From: Succinatimonas sp. CAG:777
GTDB lineage: Bacteria; Pseudomonadota; Gammaproteobacteria; Enterobacterales; Succinivibrionaceae
Direction: 5' to 3'
Assembly: GCA_000431835.1 (NCBI GenBank)
Contig: HF987965.1
Location: forward strand, 18,199-82,198
Length of the DNA: 64,000 nt
The stretch's first letter is position 1, and every line of letters begins with the position of its first letter. Both the position numbers and the translations under genes were made by a program. This document shows positions 19,900 through 30,799 of the stretch, in pieces. Under the pieces are notes generated by a model. That model was given only the letters and a program-made list of their open reading frames with translations, had not been told where the DNA came from and did no database searches.

Positions 19900-20850
19900 A
19901 TGGCATTTTCACATATTCCTGTATTACTAAATGAAGTCCTTGAAGGCATGAATATCAAGGAAGATGGGATCTATGTAGATGCCACATTTGGTCGAGGCGG
20001 CCATTCTAGAAAAATTCTAGAAAGATTAGGTCCTAATGGCAGATTGTATGGTCTTGATAGAGACTTAACCGCTGTAGAAGCAGCCAAAACCATTACAGAT
20101 CCTAGATTTAAAATCACACACAGTGCATTTTCAAATCTAAAAGAGGTATGTGAGTCTTTAGGTATTGAAGGAAAGGTTGACGGTATCTTAATGGATATCG
20201 GTGTTTCCTCTCCTCAGATTGATGATCCTACTCGTGGCTTTTCTTTTGAAAAAGATGGTCCTTTAGATATGCGAATGGATCAGAGTGCTAAGTTAGATGC
20301 CAAGACCATCGTTAATACCTATTCAAAACAAGATCTCGCCTATATCTTTAAAGTTTATGGCGAAGAGAATTTTGCAGCTAAAGTAGCTACAGCTATAGTA
20401 AGAGAGCGCGAGAAGACACCTTTTGAAACTACACTGCAATTATCAGAATTTATTAAAAGAGTAATCGGCGGTAAGCCTACTCCTAAACACAAAGCTACCC
20501 GCTGTTTTCAAGCCTTGAGAATTGCTGTAAACGGCGAGCTTGATGAATTAAAAAAAGCTCTAGAGAGCAGTATTGATGTATTAGCAGATGACGGTCGTCT
20601 GTGTGTTATCTCATTCCACTCTTTAGAAGACAGAATAGTAAAAACATTTATAAAAGATAAGTCTCAGGGACAGAAGATCCCAAATGGCCTTCCAATTACT
20701 TTTGAAGAAGCCGAAAAAATGAGACTTGCTACAGCAAAAGTGGAGCCTGTAGGAGGTGCTATTAAGGCAACTCCTGAAGAAATAGCAGCCAACGTAAGAT
20801 CTAGAAGTGCCACACTTAGGATCTGCAAGAGGCTTAAGAGGCTACCCTAG
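19900..20850 (+). CDS. rsmH: 16S rRNA (cytosine1402-N4)-methyltransferase RsmH (MraW)
   Basis: HIPVLLNEV...DATFGRGGHS SAM-binding motif. Position after mraZ. Confidence 0.95.
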   Translation: MAFSHIPVLLNEVLEGMNIKEDGIYVDATFGRGGHSRKILERLGPNGRLYGLDRDLTAVEAAKTITDPRFKITHSAFSNLKEVCESLGIEGKVDGILMDIGVSSPQIDDPTRGFSFEKDGPLDMRMDQSAKLDAKTIVNTYSKQDLAYIFKVYGEENFAAKVATAIVREREKTPFETTLQLSEFIKRVIGGKPTPKHKATRCFQALRIAVNGELDELKKALESSIDVLADDGRLCVISFHSLEDRIVKTFIKDKSQGQKIPNGLPITFEEAEKMRLATAKVEPVGGAIKATPEEIAANVRSRSATLRICKRLKRLP

Positions 20851-21411
20851 ATGCAACAGTCAAATGCAGTAAGAAAGCTAGAAGAGAATTTTCCAACAGA
20901 GGCTCCTCAAATTAAAAAGAGGGAACCTCAGTTTGGTGATAGACCTAATCCACAGGTCAAACCTGTGCAAAAGGTTGTTCCTAGTGTTACCACTCAGGTA
21001 ACCCATGAACATATCATTAGAATTCAGGCACCAACAGATTTATTGAATGATGGTGAGTCTCAGTTAGCTGTACCATCATTAAGCCTTTTTGAAGGTTATA
21101 AAAAACAGAAAAAGGCTTTGGTCCCAACTATTTTAAATGACATATTCTCAAATCTTTTGACTTATGTTCTGATCCTTGTCGTTACAACTTTAGCCGTATT
21201 AAAGGTGCATCAAGTACAGATGACCCGTGATATGACTATACAGTATAATGAGGTTATAAGGCATAACGAGCTTCTGCATAAGGAATGGTTAACTCTGTTA
21301 TCTGACAGAGAAGCCTTAACAGAGTATTCTGTGATCCGTAAAAATGCTGATGAAAAGCTTGGTATGGTTCAGCCTAAAACTGAAGACGAAGTTGTAATCG
21401 ATTTGAGATAA
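20851..21411 (+). CDS. ftsL: cell division protein FtsL (186 aa; unusually long, about 100-aa cytoplasmic N-terminal region)
   Basis: Single TM (LLTYVLILVVTTLAVL) followed by a coiled-coil. Position between rsmH and ftsI. Start coupled to the rsmH stop (TAGATG). Confidence 0.6.
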   Translation: MQQSNAVRKLEENFPTEAPQIKKREPQFGDRPNPQVKPVQKVVPSVTTQVTHEHIIRIQAPTDLLNDGESQLAVPSLSLFEGYKKQKKALVPTILNDIFSNLLTYVLILVVTTLAVLKVHQVQMTRDMTIQYNEVIRHNELLHKEWLTLLSDREALTEYSVIRKNADEKLGMVQPKTEDEVVIDLR

Positions 21412-23121
21412 ATGGCTTTAAAACAAGTTAACGATGGATCCTATAGCCGCCTACAAGTATCAACAACCAGAATAGCCATCGTATGGTTTTCTGTAGGCTG
21501 TCTTTTCATATATATCCTAGCCAGGTTATTCTGGATACAGGTTCTTTATCCAGAAAATCTTATCCGTGAAGGTAATGCTCGTGTCGTCAGAAACTACCAT
21601 TACGAGCCTCCAAGAGGTTTAATTACCGATAGAAATGGTAAAATCTTAGCTATTTCTGTACCTGTAAAATCCGTAGAAGCCGATCCTAAATTTTTACATG
21701 AAGAAGGAGTTTATGATGATCCTTCTAAGATGAAAAAGTTAGCTTCAATTCTTGAAATTGATGTTAATGAGCTCTACAAAAAGACTAAAGATCCTACACG
21801 CCGTTACGTGCATTTAAAACATTATCTCGAGACTGATAAGGCAAAAGAAGTAAGAAAGATTTCAAAGACCGGAATTATCTTGAATGATTCCTATCGTCGT
21901 CACTATCCTACAGGCGAGATTAACTCAAATCTTGTCGGTATTTTAAATGGTGATGGTGTCGGTGTTTATGGAGTAGAGCAGAGTTTTAATTCTTATTTAA
22001 CCTCAACTGCTTCCACAAAATTGGCTAAAAAAGATCGCTATAACCATATTGTTGAAAACTTAGGTACCGTCAAGAAAGGAAATCTTGGTGGTAACTTAAT
22101 GCTAAGTGTAGATAATCGACTGCAAGAATATGCTCATGCCATGTTAAAACAGGCAGTTGAAGAAAACGAGGCTGACAGTGGTACTGCAACCCTGATCGAT
22201 GTTAAAACAGGTGAAATTTTAGCTTTAGCAAATGCGCCTTCATTTGATCCAAATGATAGAAAACACTTTGACAGCACTAATGCCAAAAACAGAGTTGTAA
22301 CTGATATCTTTGAGCCTGGATCTACACTAAAACCAATTGTGGCATTAGCAGCCCTTGAGGCAAAAGCTACAAACTGGTCTGAAGTCTTTGACACCAGACC
22401 TTTTATTGTCGATGGCAAGATGGTGCGTGACTCTCATGCAATGTCTCAGGGTACCTTAGCCGACATTATTCAGTACTCTTCAAATACTGGTATGGCAAGA
22501 ATTTCTATGAGAGTAGGTCCTCAAAAGATCATGCAGGTTTTTACCAGATTTGGCTTTGGTTCTAAAACTGAGTCTGGTCTTGTAGGAGAGAACACCGGAA
22601 GACTTAATGAAAACAGAAAGTTCTGGTCAGAAATTGATAAAGCTACTTTAGGCTTTGGTTACGGTGTGGCTGTAACTAATCTGCAACTGACTCAGGCATA
22701 TGCAACCTTAGCTAACAACGGTATCAGAAATCCAGTTTCTATTTTAAGATTAAAGAATCCTCCAAAAGGCACCTTAGTTGCTCAGTCAAATCAGGTAGCT
22801 AATATGCAAAAGGCACTTGAGACGGTAGTTGCACAAGGTACAGGTGGCAAGGCTGCTATTGACAGATACCGTGTAGCAGGTAAAACCGGTACTGCTAAAA
22901 TTGCATCGGTTGGTGGTTACGGTAAATACTACATGTCAACCTTCGCAGGCTTTGCTCCTATTTCAAATCCACGTTTTGCTTTAGTGGTAGTTATCAGTGC
23001 TCCAAAGGCTGGTAAGTTCTACGGTGGTGTGGTTTCAGGACCTGTATTTAGGGCCGTGATGTCTAAAGCTTTACAGCTGTATAACATCAAGCCTGACCGA
23101 GAGAAGGACGAAAAGAATTAG
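21412..23121 (+). CDS. ftsI: peptidoglycan D,D-transpeptidase FtsI (PBP3)
   Basis: N-terminal TM. Transpeptidase motifs STLKP, SSN and KTGT. Confidence 0.9.
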   Translation: MALKQVNDGSYSRLQVSTTRIAIVWFSVGCLFIYILARLFWIQVLYPENLIREGNARVVRNYHYEPPRGLITDRNGKILAISVPVKSVEADPKFLHEEGVYDDPSKMKKLASILEIDVNELYKKTKDPTRRYVHLKHYLETDKAKEVRKISKTGIILNDSYRRHYPTGEINSNLVGILNGDGVGVYGVEQSFNSYLTSTASTKLAKKDRYNHIVENLGTVKKGNLGGNLMLSVDNRLQEYAHAMLKQAVEENEADSGTATLIDVKTGEILALANAPSFDPNDRKHFDSTNAKNRVVTDIFEPGSTLKPIVALAALEAKATNWSEVFDTRPFIVDGKMVRDSHAMSQGTLADIIQYSSNTGMARISMRVGPQKIMQVFTRFGFGSKTESGLVGENTGRLNENRKFWSEIDKATLGFGYGVAVTNLQLTQAYATLANNGIRNPVSILRLKNPPKGTLVAQSNQVANMQKALETVVAQGTGGKAAIDRYRVAGKTGTAKIASVGGYGKYYMSTFAGFAPISNPRFALVVVISAPKAGKFYGGVVSGPVFRAVMSKALQLYNIKPDREKDEKN

Positions 23122-23198
23122 TAGTGAAAAATAAAAGTCTGAAGGACTTTAATACATTTTCAGAACAGAATTTATAAAGGTAAGAGCGAAAAACAAAG

Positions 23199-24701
23199 AT
23201 GAAAAAGTTAAAAGAAATCTTTCAGTATTTGGGCATTAAAAGAAAAGCTCCTGACATTGAATGTACATCACTTGAAGTTGATTCACGTCAGGTAAAAAAA
23301 GGAAGCCTGTTTGTAGCTTTAAAAGGTACCAGGGCCAACGGTCTTGATTATGCTAAAAAGGCCTATGAATTAGGTGCTGTTGCAATCATGTTCGAAGAGG
23401 GAAATACCCCTTCTGAGGAACTTTTAAAAGAAGTTCCTGTCCCTTTTATCAAGTTGTCTGCTAAAAGAAATTTAGGTGAGTTTTGCTCTTTCTTCTATGA
23501 TGAACCTTCTAAAAGATTAGGTTTAATCGGTATTACCGGTACTAATGGCAAGAGTACTATCACTCAGCTGATTGCACAGTGGCTTAGTGTTACCTTTTCT
23601 ACAAAATGCGCAGTCTTTGGAACTTTAGGATATGGTTTTTTACCAACTCTAAAAAAGAGTTCTAACACTACTTTAGATGCTGTAAGACTGCAACAGACTT
23701 TAAATGAAATGGTAAATGAAGGTGCTCGCTTTGCTGCTTTAGAAGTATCCTCAATCGGTGTTTGTGAAGGTCGAATTGACGGTTGCACTTTTGTTGCAGG
23801 TGGTTTTACTAATTTAACTCGTGATCACCTTGATTACCATAAGACCATGGAAAACTACGCTAAAGCAAAAGAAGATTTCTTAAGACGTGTTCCTAAAGAG
23901 AGACTTGTAATCAATGTAGATAATGAGCAGGGATGTAAATATGCAGATACCTTCGGTAAATGTGTGGCCTATTCCTGCAAGAGCGACTTTATGGGCTCAG
24001 TTTCATCTTTAATCTACTCTCAGTATGTGTGGATTAAATCTGTAACCTATAAGCCTCATGGCATTGCTCTTGAAATTGAATCTACCTTTGGCTCTGGTAA
24101 ATGTGAACTTGGTTTATTAGGTGGCTTTAACGTCGAGAACTTTGCCTGTGCCTTAACTGTACTTTTATCAATGGGCTATGATTTTGAAAAACTCTTACGC
24201 GGAGCTTCAAAACTAAAACCAATTAAAGGTCGTATGGAGTGCTTTAGCGCTGAAGGCAAACCTCATATCGTAGTTGATTATGCTCATACCCCAGACGGTG
24301 TAGAGCAGGTATTGCGTGGCGTAAGAGAACATCACCCCGATGGTAAAGTCTTCTGCATCATAGGCTGTGGCGGTGACAGAGATAAGGGCAAGAGACCTAT
24401 CATGGCAATTAAAGCCTCAGTCTTCTCTGATATGGCTATTTTAACCTCAGACAATCCTCGTTCTGAAGATCCTGAGTCAATCTTACGTGATATGGCTTCA
24501 GGTGTTGGTGAAGCTAATAACGTTGTACTCATTGCCGACAGACGTAAAGCTATTGAATATGCTTTTGAAAAAGCAGGTCCTAAAGACTGCATTGTGATTG
24601 CTGGTAAAGGTCATGAAGATTATCAGATCTTTAAAGATAAGACCATTCATTTTTCAGATAGAGAAATTGCCTGTGAACTTTTAGGAGTTAAATGTGATTA
24701 G
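23199..24701 (+). CDS. murE: UDP-MurNAc-tripeptide synthetase MurE
   Basis: Mur ligase P-loop GITGTNGKST. DNPR meso-DAP selectivity motif. Confidence 0.95.
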   Translation: MKKLKEIFQYLGIKRKAPDIECTSLEVDSRQVKKGSLFVALKGTRANGLDYAKKAYELGAVAIMFEEGNTPSEELLKEVPVPFIKLSAKRNLGEFCSFFYDEPSKRLGLIGITGTNGKSTITQLIAQWLSVTFSTKCAVFGTLGYGFLPTLKKSSNTTLDAVRLQQTLNEMVNEGARFAALEVSSIGVCEGRIDGCTFVAGGFTNLTRDHLDYHKTMENYAKAKEDFLRRVPKERLVINVDNEQGCKYADTFGKCVAYSCKSDFMGSVSSLIYSQYVWIKSVTYKPHGIALEIESTFGSGKCELGLLGGFNVENFACALTVLLSMGYDFEKLLRGASKLKPIKGRMECFSAEGKPHIVVDYAHTPDGVEQVLRGVREHHPDGKVFCIIGCGGDRDKGKRPIMAIKASVFSDMAILTSDNPRSEDPESILRDMASGVGEANNVVLIADRRKAIEYAFEKAGPKDCIVIAGKGHEDYQIFKDKTIHFSDREIACELLGVKCD

Positions 24702-26073
24702 CTTTAGTTTAGGTGAACTTGCAACCTTTGGAAATTACATCCTAAAGGGACAGGATTTAGTTATCGATGCTGTAAGCACCGATTCAAGAAAATGTAAAAA
24801 CGCTTTATTCGTAGCTCTAAAAGGTGAGAAGTTTGATGGACACGACTATATAGAAAAGGCTATTGAAGGTGGTGCTGTAGCAGTAGTGTCATCAAAAGTC
24901 CTACCTGAGAGTATTACTGACAGAGTAAGCATAGTTTTATGTGATGATACTTTAAAAGCTTTAGGCTATTGTGGTTATTTAGTAAGACGCAAAAGTAAAG
25001 CTAGAATTGCCTCTCTAACCGGTTCATGCGGTAAGACCACTGTTAAAGAATTAACCCATGCCATCTTATCTATCTGTGGCAACTGCATGTGTACACAGGG
25101 TAATTTCAATAACGACGTGGGGGTGCCTTTAACTTTATTGTCATTAACAAAAGATACCAAATATGCAGTAATTGAGCAGGGCGCAAGTCACCTGTTTGAT
25201 ATTGCTCATACCTGTGAGTTTGTAAAAGCAAATACCGCAATTATCAACAATGTAGGTGGTGCTCATCTAGAAGGCTTTGGCTCTTATGACGGTGTTTACC
25301 GTGGTAAATCACAGATCATAGATGATGTGCTCTCACGTGGCGGACGAGCTGCAGTTCCATCTGACTCAAAGTACTTTGAGCGCTGGAAGAGTGAGTATGC
25401 TTCAGCTTTTAGAAAGGGTTCATTAGTATCTTTTGGTACTCATGAATTTGATTTTGTGCAGTACTCAAATGTAAAAGAGAGCCTGTCAGGCATTGAGTTT
25501 GATTTAAGATCGCCACTTAATGATTACAAGATCAAAATGAATGTTCTAGGAGCTCATAATGCTTCAAATGCTGCTGCAGCTACTACTTTAGCTTTAATGA
25601 CAGGAGCTTCAGAGGCTGCTTTAAAAGCTGGCTTAGAGTCTGCATCATCAATGCAGGGGCGTCTTTGTGCTCATGATTTTAAAAAGATGACTGTAATTGA
25701 TGATGCCTATAACGCAAGTTTCAATGCATGCATGTCAGCTATTGATACTCTGTCTTTATATAAAGGCCATAGAGTTTTCATTTTCGGTGACATGGGAGAA
25801 CTTGGTAATGCAGCAGTAGAGTTGCATGAAAAGTTAGGAGAACATGCAGCTTCAAAAGTAGATGAAACCTTGTGCGTAGGTCCATTGAGTGAAAATACCA
25901 GCAGATGCGCAGGAGTGAGCGGTAAGCATTTTAATTGTCATTCAGATCTCGTACAATATGCACGCGATTTATTAGATAAATATCCTTATGTAAGCTTTTT
26001 AGTCAAGGGATCACACTCTATGCATATGGATACGATAAGCAAAGAACTAATCGCTCTAGGAGAGCTGTTATGA
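24694..26073 (+). CDS. murF: UDP-MurNAc-pentapeptide synthetase MurF
   Basis: Mur ligase P-loop TGSCGKTT. Overlaps the murE stop. Order as in E. coli. Confidence 0.9.
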   Translation: MISFSLGELATFGNYILKGQDLVIDAVSTDSRKCKNALFVALKGEKFDGHDYIEKAIEGGAVAVVSSKVLPESITDRVSIVLCDDTLKALGYCGYLVRRKSKARIASLTGSCGKTTVKELTHAILSICGNCMCTQGNFNNDVGVPLTLLSLTKDTKYAVIEQGASHLFDIAHTCEFVKANTAIINNVGGAHLEGFGSYDGVYRGKSQIIDDVLSRGGRAAVPSDSKYFERWKSEYASAFRKGSLVSFGTHEFDFVQYSNVKESLSGIEFDLRSPLNDYKIKMNVLGAHNASNAAAATTLALMTGASEAALKAGLESASSMQGRLCAHDFKKMTVIDDAYNASFNACMSAIDTLSLYKGHRVFIFGDMGELGNAAVELHEKLGEHAASKVDETLCVGPLSENTSRCAGVSGKHFNCHSDLVQYARDLLDKYPYVSFLVKGSHSMHMDTISKELIALGELL

Positions 26074-27152
26074 TAGTTTATTTATCAGATTACCTAAGTC
26101 AGTATATTCCATCATTAAGAGTTGTAAGTTACCTGACCTTTAGAGCTGTAATGTCTTTATTTACAGCCTTAGCAATTTCTCTGTTTTTGGGTCCATATGT
26201 GATTAGAAAACTGCAAATGTTGCACTTCGGACAGGTTGTCAGAGATGACGGTCCTCAGACTCATTTAAAGAAAACCGGTACTCCTACCATGGGAGGTGTG
26301 CTGATTGTAAGTGCCATTGCCATTTCCATGTTACTTTGGTGTAACCTTGCAAATGTTTATGTTTGGTATACCTTAGCAACTTTAATCTGCTATGCTGCCA
26401 TCGGTTTTTCTGATGACTTCTTAAAAGTAGTGCGTCACGATCCAAAAGGTTTAAGAGCTAAGTATAAATACTTCTGGCAGTCAGCTTGTGCTATTGTTTT
26501 ATCCTGCCTTATCTATGGCTCAGCAAAATTGCCATCAGAAACTACTTTTGTAGTGCCTTTCTTTAAAGACTTCATGCCTGATATTGGCTTTTTAATTATT
26601 CCTTTAGCTTATTTTGTATTAACCGGATCTTCAAATGCGGTTAACTTAACTGACGGTCTGGATGGTTTAGCTATTATCACTACCATTACCGTAGCAGCAG
26701 GTTTAGGTATTGTGGCCTGGGCAACCTCAAATGTTAACTTTGCTTCATATCTTTATATTCCGTATGTTCCAAGAGCTGCTGAAATTACCATTGCATGTAC
26801 TGCAATCGTAGGTGCAGGTTTAGGATTCTTATGGTTTAACTCATACCCTGCACAGGTATTCATGGGAGATGTAGGCTCTCTATCTTTGGGTGCGGTTTTA
26901 GGTATGATTGCCCTCTTAATTCGTGAAGAAGTATTACTGTTCATCATGGGTGGTATCTTTGTATTAGAGACTGTAAGTGTGATCTTACAGGTAGGTTCAT
27001 ACAAGTGGACCGGACGTAGAATCTTTAGAATGGCTCCAATTCACCACCACTTTGAGAAAGGTGGCTGGCCTGAGCCTCGAGTAATGGCCCGTTTCTGGAT
27101 CATTACTTTAGTATTGGTTCTAATTGGTCTTATTACTTTAAAGATCCGCTAA
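26070..27152 (+). CDS. mraY: phospho-N-acetylmuramoyl-pentapeptide transferase MraY
   Basis: 10-TM protein with conserved [13 protein letters not shown] and MGDVGSL motifs. Confidence 0.95.
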   Translation: MIVYLSDYLSQYIPSLRVVSYLTFRAVMSLFTALAISLFLGPYVIRKLQMLHFGQVVRDDGPQTHLKKTGTPTMGGVLIVSAIAISMLLWCNLANVYVWYTLATLICYAAIGFSDDFLKVVRHDPKGLRAKYKYFWQSACAIVLSCLIYGSAKLPSETTFVVPFFKDFMPDIGFLIIPLAYFVLTGSSNAVNLTDGLDGLAIITTITVAAGLGIVAWATSNVNFASYLYIPYVPRAAEITIACTAIVGAGLGFLWFNSYPAQVFMGDVGSLSLGAVLGMIALLIREEVLLFIMGGIFVLETVSVILQVGSYKWTGRRIFRMAPIHHHFEKGGWPEPRVMARFWIITLVLVLIGLITLKIR

Positions 27153-27162
27153 GGATTAGAAA

Positions 27163-28500
27163 ATGAATTCACAGCTTAACAATAAAAAAATCGCCGTAAT
27201 TGGTTTAGGTGTATCTAATATTTCTGTAATTGGATACCTGTTAAAACACGATTTAAAGAAATTCTCTTTATATGACACCAGAATGAATCCTCCTCATGTA
27301 GGTGATCTTCCTGTAGGTGTTGATTTACGCTTAGGACCACTGAATGCTGAAGAATTAAAGCAGTTTGATATGGTGGTTATAAGCCCTGGTATCAGCATTT
27401 ACAACGAGGTCATTGAAGAAGTTGCCTCATCAGGGGTTGAGATTGTAGGCGATATTGAACTTTTCGCTCGTGAAGCTAAAGCTCCTGTAATTGGTATTAC
27501 AGGTTCAAATGGTAAATCAACAGTAACCTCTCTTACAGGTTATATCGCTGATGTAGCTCATATCAAGGTTGCCGTTGGAGCAAATTTTGGAGTGCCTGTA
27601 TTTGATATTTTATCTGACGATGTTGAGCTGTATGTCTTAGAGTTATCAAGCTTTGAGCTTGAGACCACTCGCTCTTTAAAGCTCGATGCTGCCACCATTC
27701 TAAATGTATCTGAAGATCATTTAGACAGATACCACGGTTCTATTGAAGAGTACGCGCAGGCTAAACGCAAAATTTTTGCTCATGCTAAAACTGTAGTTGT
27801 AAACCGTGATGATAAGAGAACCTATCCTGTAGAGTCTGATTTAAAGAATCATGAGATTGTAAGCTTTGGTTTAGATGACAAAGAATATGGTCTAATTACA
27901 GAAGGTTATGACACTTATCTTGCTGTTGATGGCAATAAAGTATTAAACGTTAATGAAATGCGCATTTACGGTGAGCATAACCACTTAAATGCTTTAGCAT
28001 GTATGGCGTTAGCTGATGCAGTGGGCATTTCTCGTGATGCTCAGATTACCGCACTGCGTAATTTCTCTGGTCTGCCACATCGCTGTCAGCTCGTAAAAAA
28101 GATCAAGGGCGTGTCTTACTACAACGATTCTAAGGCAACTAATGTAGCTTCAACTGAGGCTGCTATCTCTGGACTTAAGGGACTGCACAAAAATGGCATT
28201 ATCCTTTTAGCAGGAGGTTTAGGTAAAGGTCAGGACTTTACCCCTTTAAAGAGATATCTAGGTCATGAGGTCAGCGCTGTTTACTGCTTTGGTAAAGATA
28301 AGCAAAAGTTATTAGATTTATCTGATAAATACTGCTTTGATGTTGAGAACATGGAACAGGGCTTGAACGAAGCTTATAAGGTAGCTAAAGAAGGACAGGC
28401 TGTGTTACTGTCTCCTGCTTGTGCTTCCTTTGATCAGTTCAAGGGCTTTGAGCAACGAGGTCAGGTTTTTGTAGATTTAGTAGCAAAACTACAAGAGTAA
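27163..28500 (+). CDS. murD: UDP-MurNAc-L-alanine:D-glutamate ligase MurD
   Basis: GITGSNGKSTV P-loop. Position. Confidence 0.95.
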   Translation: MNSQLNNKKIAVIGLGVSNISVIGYLLKHDLKKFSLYDTRMNPPHVGDLPVGVDLRLGPLNAEELKQFDMVVISPGISIYNEVIEEVASSGVEIVGDIELFAREAKAPVIGITGSNGKSTVTSLTGYIADVAHIKVAVGANFGVPVFDILSDDVELYVLELSSFELETTRSLKLDAATILNVSEDHLDRYHGSIEEYAQAKRKIFAHAKTVVVNRDDKRTYPVESDLKNHEIVSFGLDDKEYGLITEGYDTYLAVDGNKVLNVNEMRIYGEHNHLNALACMALADAVGISRDAQITALRNFSGLPHRCQLVKKIKGVSYYNDSKATNVASTEAAISGLKGLHKNGIILLAGGLGKGQDFTPLKRYLGHEVSAVYCFGKDKQKLLDLSDKYCFDVENMEQGLNEAYKVAKEGQAVLLSPACASFDQFKGFEQRGQVFVDLVAKLQE

Positions 28501-28525
28501 GATCTTTTATAAGTAGAGCAAACTG

Positions 28526-29674
28526 ATGATGTTATTTCATAAAGGCAAAATTCCCGCTTTTGATAGAGGCCTGTTAGTAGCCTCTTTGCTCTTGATTTGT
28601 CTTGGCATTATGGTCATCAGTTCGGCCTCTGTAATGGAGTCGATGGTAAAGTACGGAGATTCTCTGTACCAAACCAAAAAGCATGTATTTGCAGTGCTGA
28701 TGGCTCTGTTTGTAGGTATGCTCTGTGCTATGACTCCTACTGAAATCTGGAAAAAGTACTCACTGCATTGTTTTATTGTAGTGTGTGTGTTGATGATTTT
28801 AGTAATGATAGTAGGTCGTGAAATCAACGGTGCAAAACGCTGGTTACCATTAGGTTTTATTAACTTACAGCCTTCAGAATTATTAAAGATTTTTTGGATC
28901 TTGTACTTTTCGTCATATGTTTCAAGAAAGATTGAAAGTATCAGTACCACCACCAAAGGCTTTATAAAACCGTTAGCTTTCATTGGTGTCATGGCTGTGC
29001 TCTTATTAGTTCAGCATGATATGGGATCTTTAGTGGTGGTCTCATGCATTACTTACTCTTTAACTTTTATAGCAGGTGCAGGTTTCATTAAATATGGTGT
29101 GGTTATCATGCTAGCACTGCTGTTAGCATTTTTACTGGTATTAGTATCTCCATATCGTATTGCAAGATTTAAATCCTTTATGGATCCTTGGCAGGATCAG
29201 TACGGTTCAGGTTATCAGTTAACTCAGTCTTTAATGGCCTTCGGTCGTGGAGGTATTACAGGCGAAGGTTTAGGTAATTCATATCAGAAATTAGGCTATT
29301 TACCTGAGGCTCATACCGATTTTATTACCTCAATTTTGGGCGAGGAATTCGGCTTTGTAGGTATGGTATTGCTCTTATTGCTAGAGCTGTTCATTGTCTA
29401 TAAGTCTTTTAGACTTGCTTTTAAGATTTTAAAACAAGATGCAATCTATCAGGGGTATGTCGCAGCAGGTATCGGCACCTTGTTCTGTGTACAGACTTTT
29501 ATCAATGTAGGTTCAGCTTCAGGTGGTATTCCAACTAAAGGTTTGACCTTGCCACTTGTAAGTTATGGTGGCTCTTCGATGATTTCTTGCTGTATGGCGA
29601 TTGCTATATTACTCAGAATAGATTTTGAATGGCGTAATAACGCTATAAGTGATAAACGAAAAAATGAAAGTTAA
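28526..29674 (+). CDS. ftsW: peptidoglycan glycosyltransferase / lipid II flippase FtsW (SEDS family)
   Basis: Polytopic membrane protein with SEDS motifs (EFGFVG...PLVSYGGSS). Position between murD and murG. Confidence 0.9.
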   Translation: MMLFHKGKIPAFDRGLLVASLLLICLGIMVISSASVMESMVKYGDSLYQTKKHVFAVLMALFVGMLCAMTPTEIWKKYSLHCFIVVCVLMILVMIVGREINGAKRWLPLGFINLQPSELLKIFWILYFSSYVSRKIESISTTTKGFIKPLAFIGVMAVLLLVQHDMGSLVVVSCITYSLTFIAGAGFIKYGVVIMLALLLAFLLVLVSPYRIARFKSFMDPWQDQYGSGYQLTQSLMAFGRGGITGEGLGNSYQKLGYLPEAHTDFITSILGEEFGFVGMVLLLLLELFIVYKSFRLAFKILKQDAIYQGYVAAGIGTLFCVQTFINVGSASGGIPTKGLTLPLVSYGGSSMISCCMAIAILLRIDFEWRNNAISDKRKNES

Positions 29675-30734
29675 AAAAGTTTTAGTCATGGCAGGCGGTA
29701 CAGGTGGACATGTATTTCCTGCTTTAGCTATTGCAAAGGCTCTAGAAAAAGAGGGCGCAGAGATTTTGTGGTTAGGAACACGTGGACGCATGGAAGAAAT
29801 GCTTGTTCCTAAGTACGGTTACAACATCCGTTATATTGATGTTAAAGGTGTTAGACGTAATGGTCTTAAAACACTTTTAAAAGCTCCTTTTATGGTAGCA
29901 AGAGCTATTGTTCAGGCAAGAGCTGTAATTAAAGAGTTTAAGCCTGATGTTGTTTTAGGTATGGGAGGTTATGCTTCAGGTCCAGGTGGAGCAGCTGCTT
30001 TCCTCTCAGGCATTCCTGTAGTTTTACATGAACAGAATGCAGCTGCCGGAATGACCAATAAGTTGTTATTTAAAATTGCCTCAAAAGTAATGTTAGGCTT
30101 TCCGGGGGCTTTTGCAGGTGAGAAAGTATCAGTAGTTGGCAATCCAGTACGTGACAGTATTATTGCTTTGCACGAAAAGACTCGTGATTTTACACATACT
30201 CCTGTAAGAATTAGTATTATCGGTGGCTCATTAGGCGCAAGAGCCTTAAATGAACTGGTACCTCTTGCTCTAAAGAAATTTACTGATGACTCAATTTTGG
30301 TTACTCATCAGTGTGGCAAGGGTAACAGTGACAAGGTTAAAGCTTTATATGAAAGTGCTTCATTTAAAGTAGAAGCAACTGATTTTATTGATAACATGGA
30401 TGCGCTGTATGCCAATACAGATTTAATTATCTGCAGAGCCGGTGCTTTAACTGTAGCTGAGACCTCAACTGCTGGTATTCCTGCTATCTTTGTACCTTTA
30501 CCTACAGCAGTAGATGATCATCAGACCAAGAATGCTTCAGTTCTGGCAAAAGCAGGGGCTGCTTATGTATGCAAGCAGTCATCACTTAGTGCAGATTCTC
30601 TTTATGATTTGGTAAAATCTTTAGTAGATGACAGAGAGAAACTTGCATTCATGTCTGCAAAAGCTTATGAATGCGCAATTACCGATGCTACAGAGCGCGC
30701 TGTAAAGATTATTGAAAGCGTGGTTAAAGACTAG
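29649..30734 (+). CDS. murG: undecaprenyldiphospho-MurNAc-pentapeptide beta-GlcNAc transferase MurG
   Basis: VLVMAGGTGGHVFPALA G-loop. GT28 fold. Confidence 0.95.
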   Translation: MINEKMKVKKVLVMAGGTGGHVFPALAIAKALEKEGAEILWLGTRGRMEEMLVPKYGYNIRYIDVKGVRRNGLKTLLKAPFMVARAIVQARAVIKEFKPDVVLGMGGYASGPGGAAAFLSGIPVVLHEQNAAAGMTNKLLFKIASKVMLGFPGAFAGEKVSVVGNPVRDSIIALHEKTRDFTHTPVRISIIGGSLGARALNELVPLALKKFTDDSILVTHQCGKGNSDKVKALYESASFKVEATDFIDNMDALYANTDLIICRAGALTVAETSTAGIPAIFVPLPTAVDDHQTKNASVLAKAGAAYVCKQSSLSADSLYDLVKSLVDDREKLAFMSAKAYECAITDATERAVKIIESVVKD

Positions 30735-30799
30735 CCAAAAAGTCATACATAAATAAGAACGTAAACAAGTTACACAAGTACAAGATAAAGAAAGATTAA

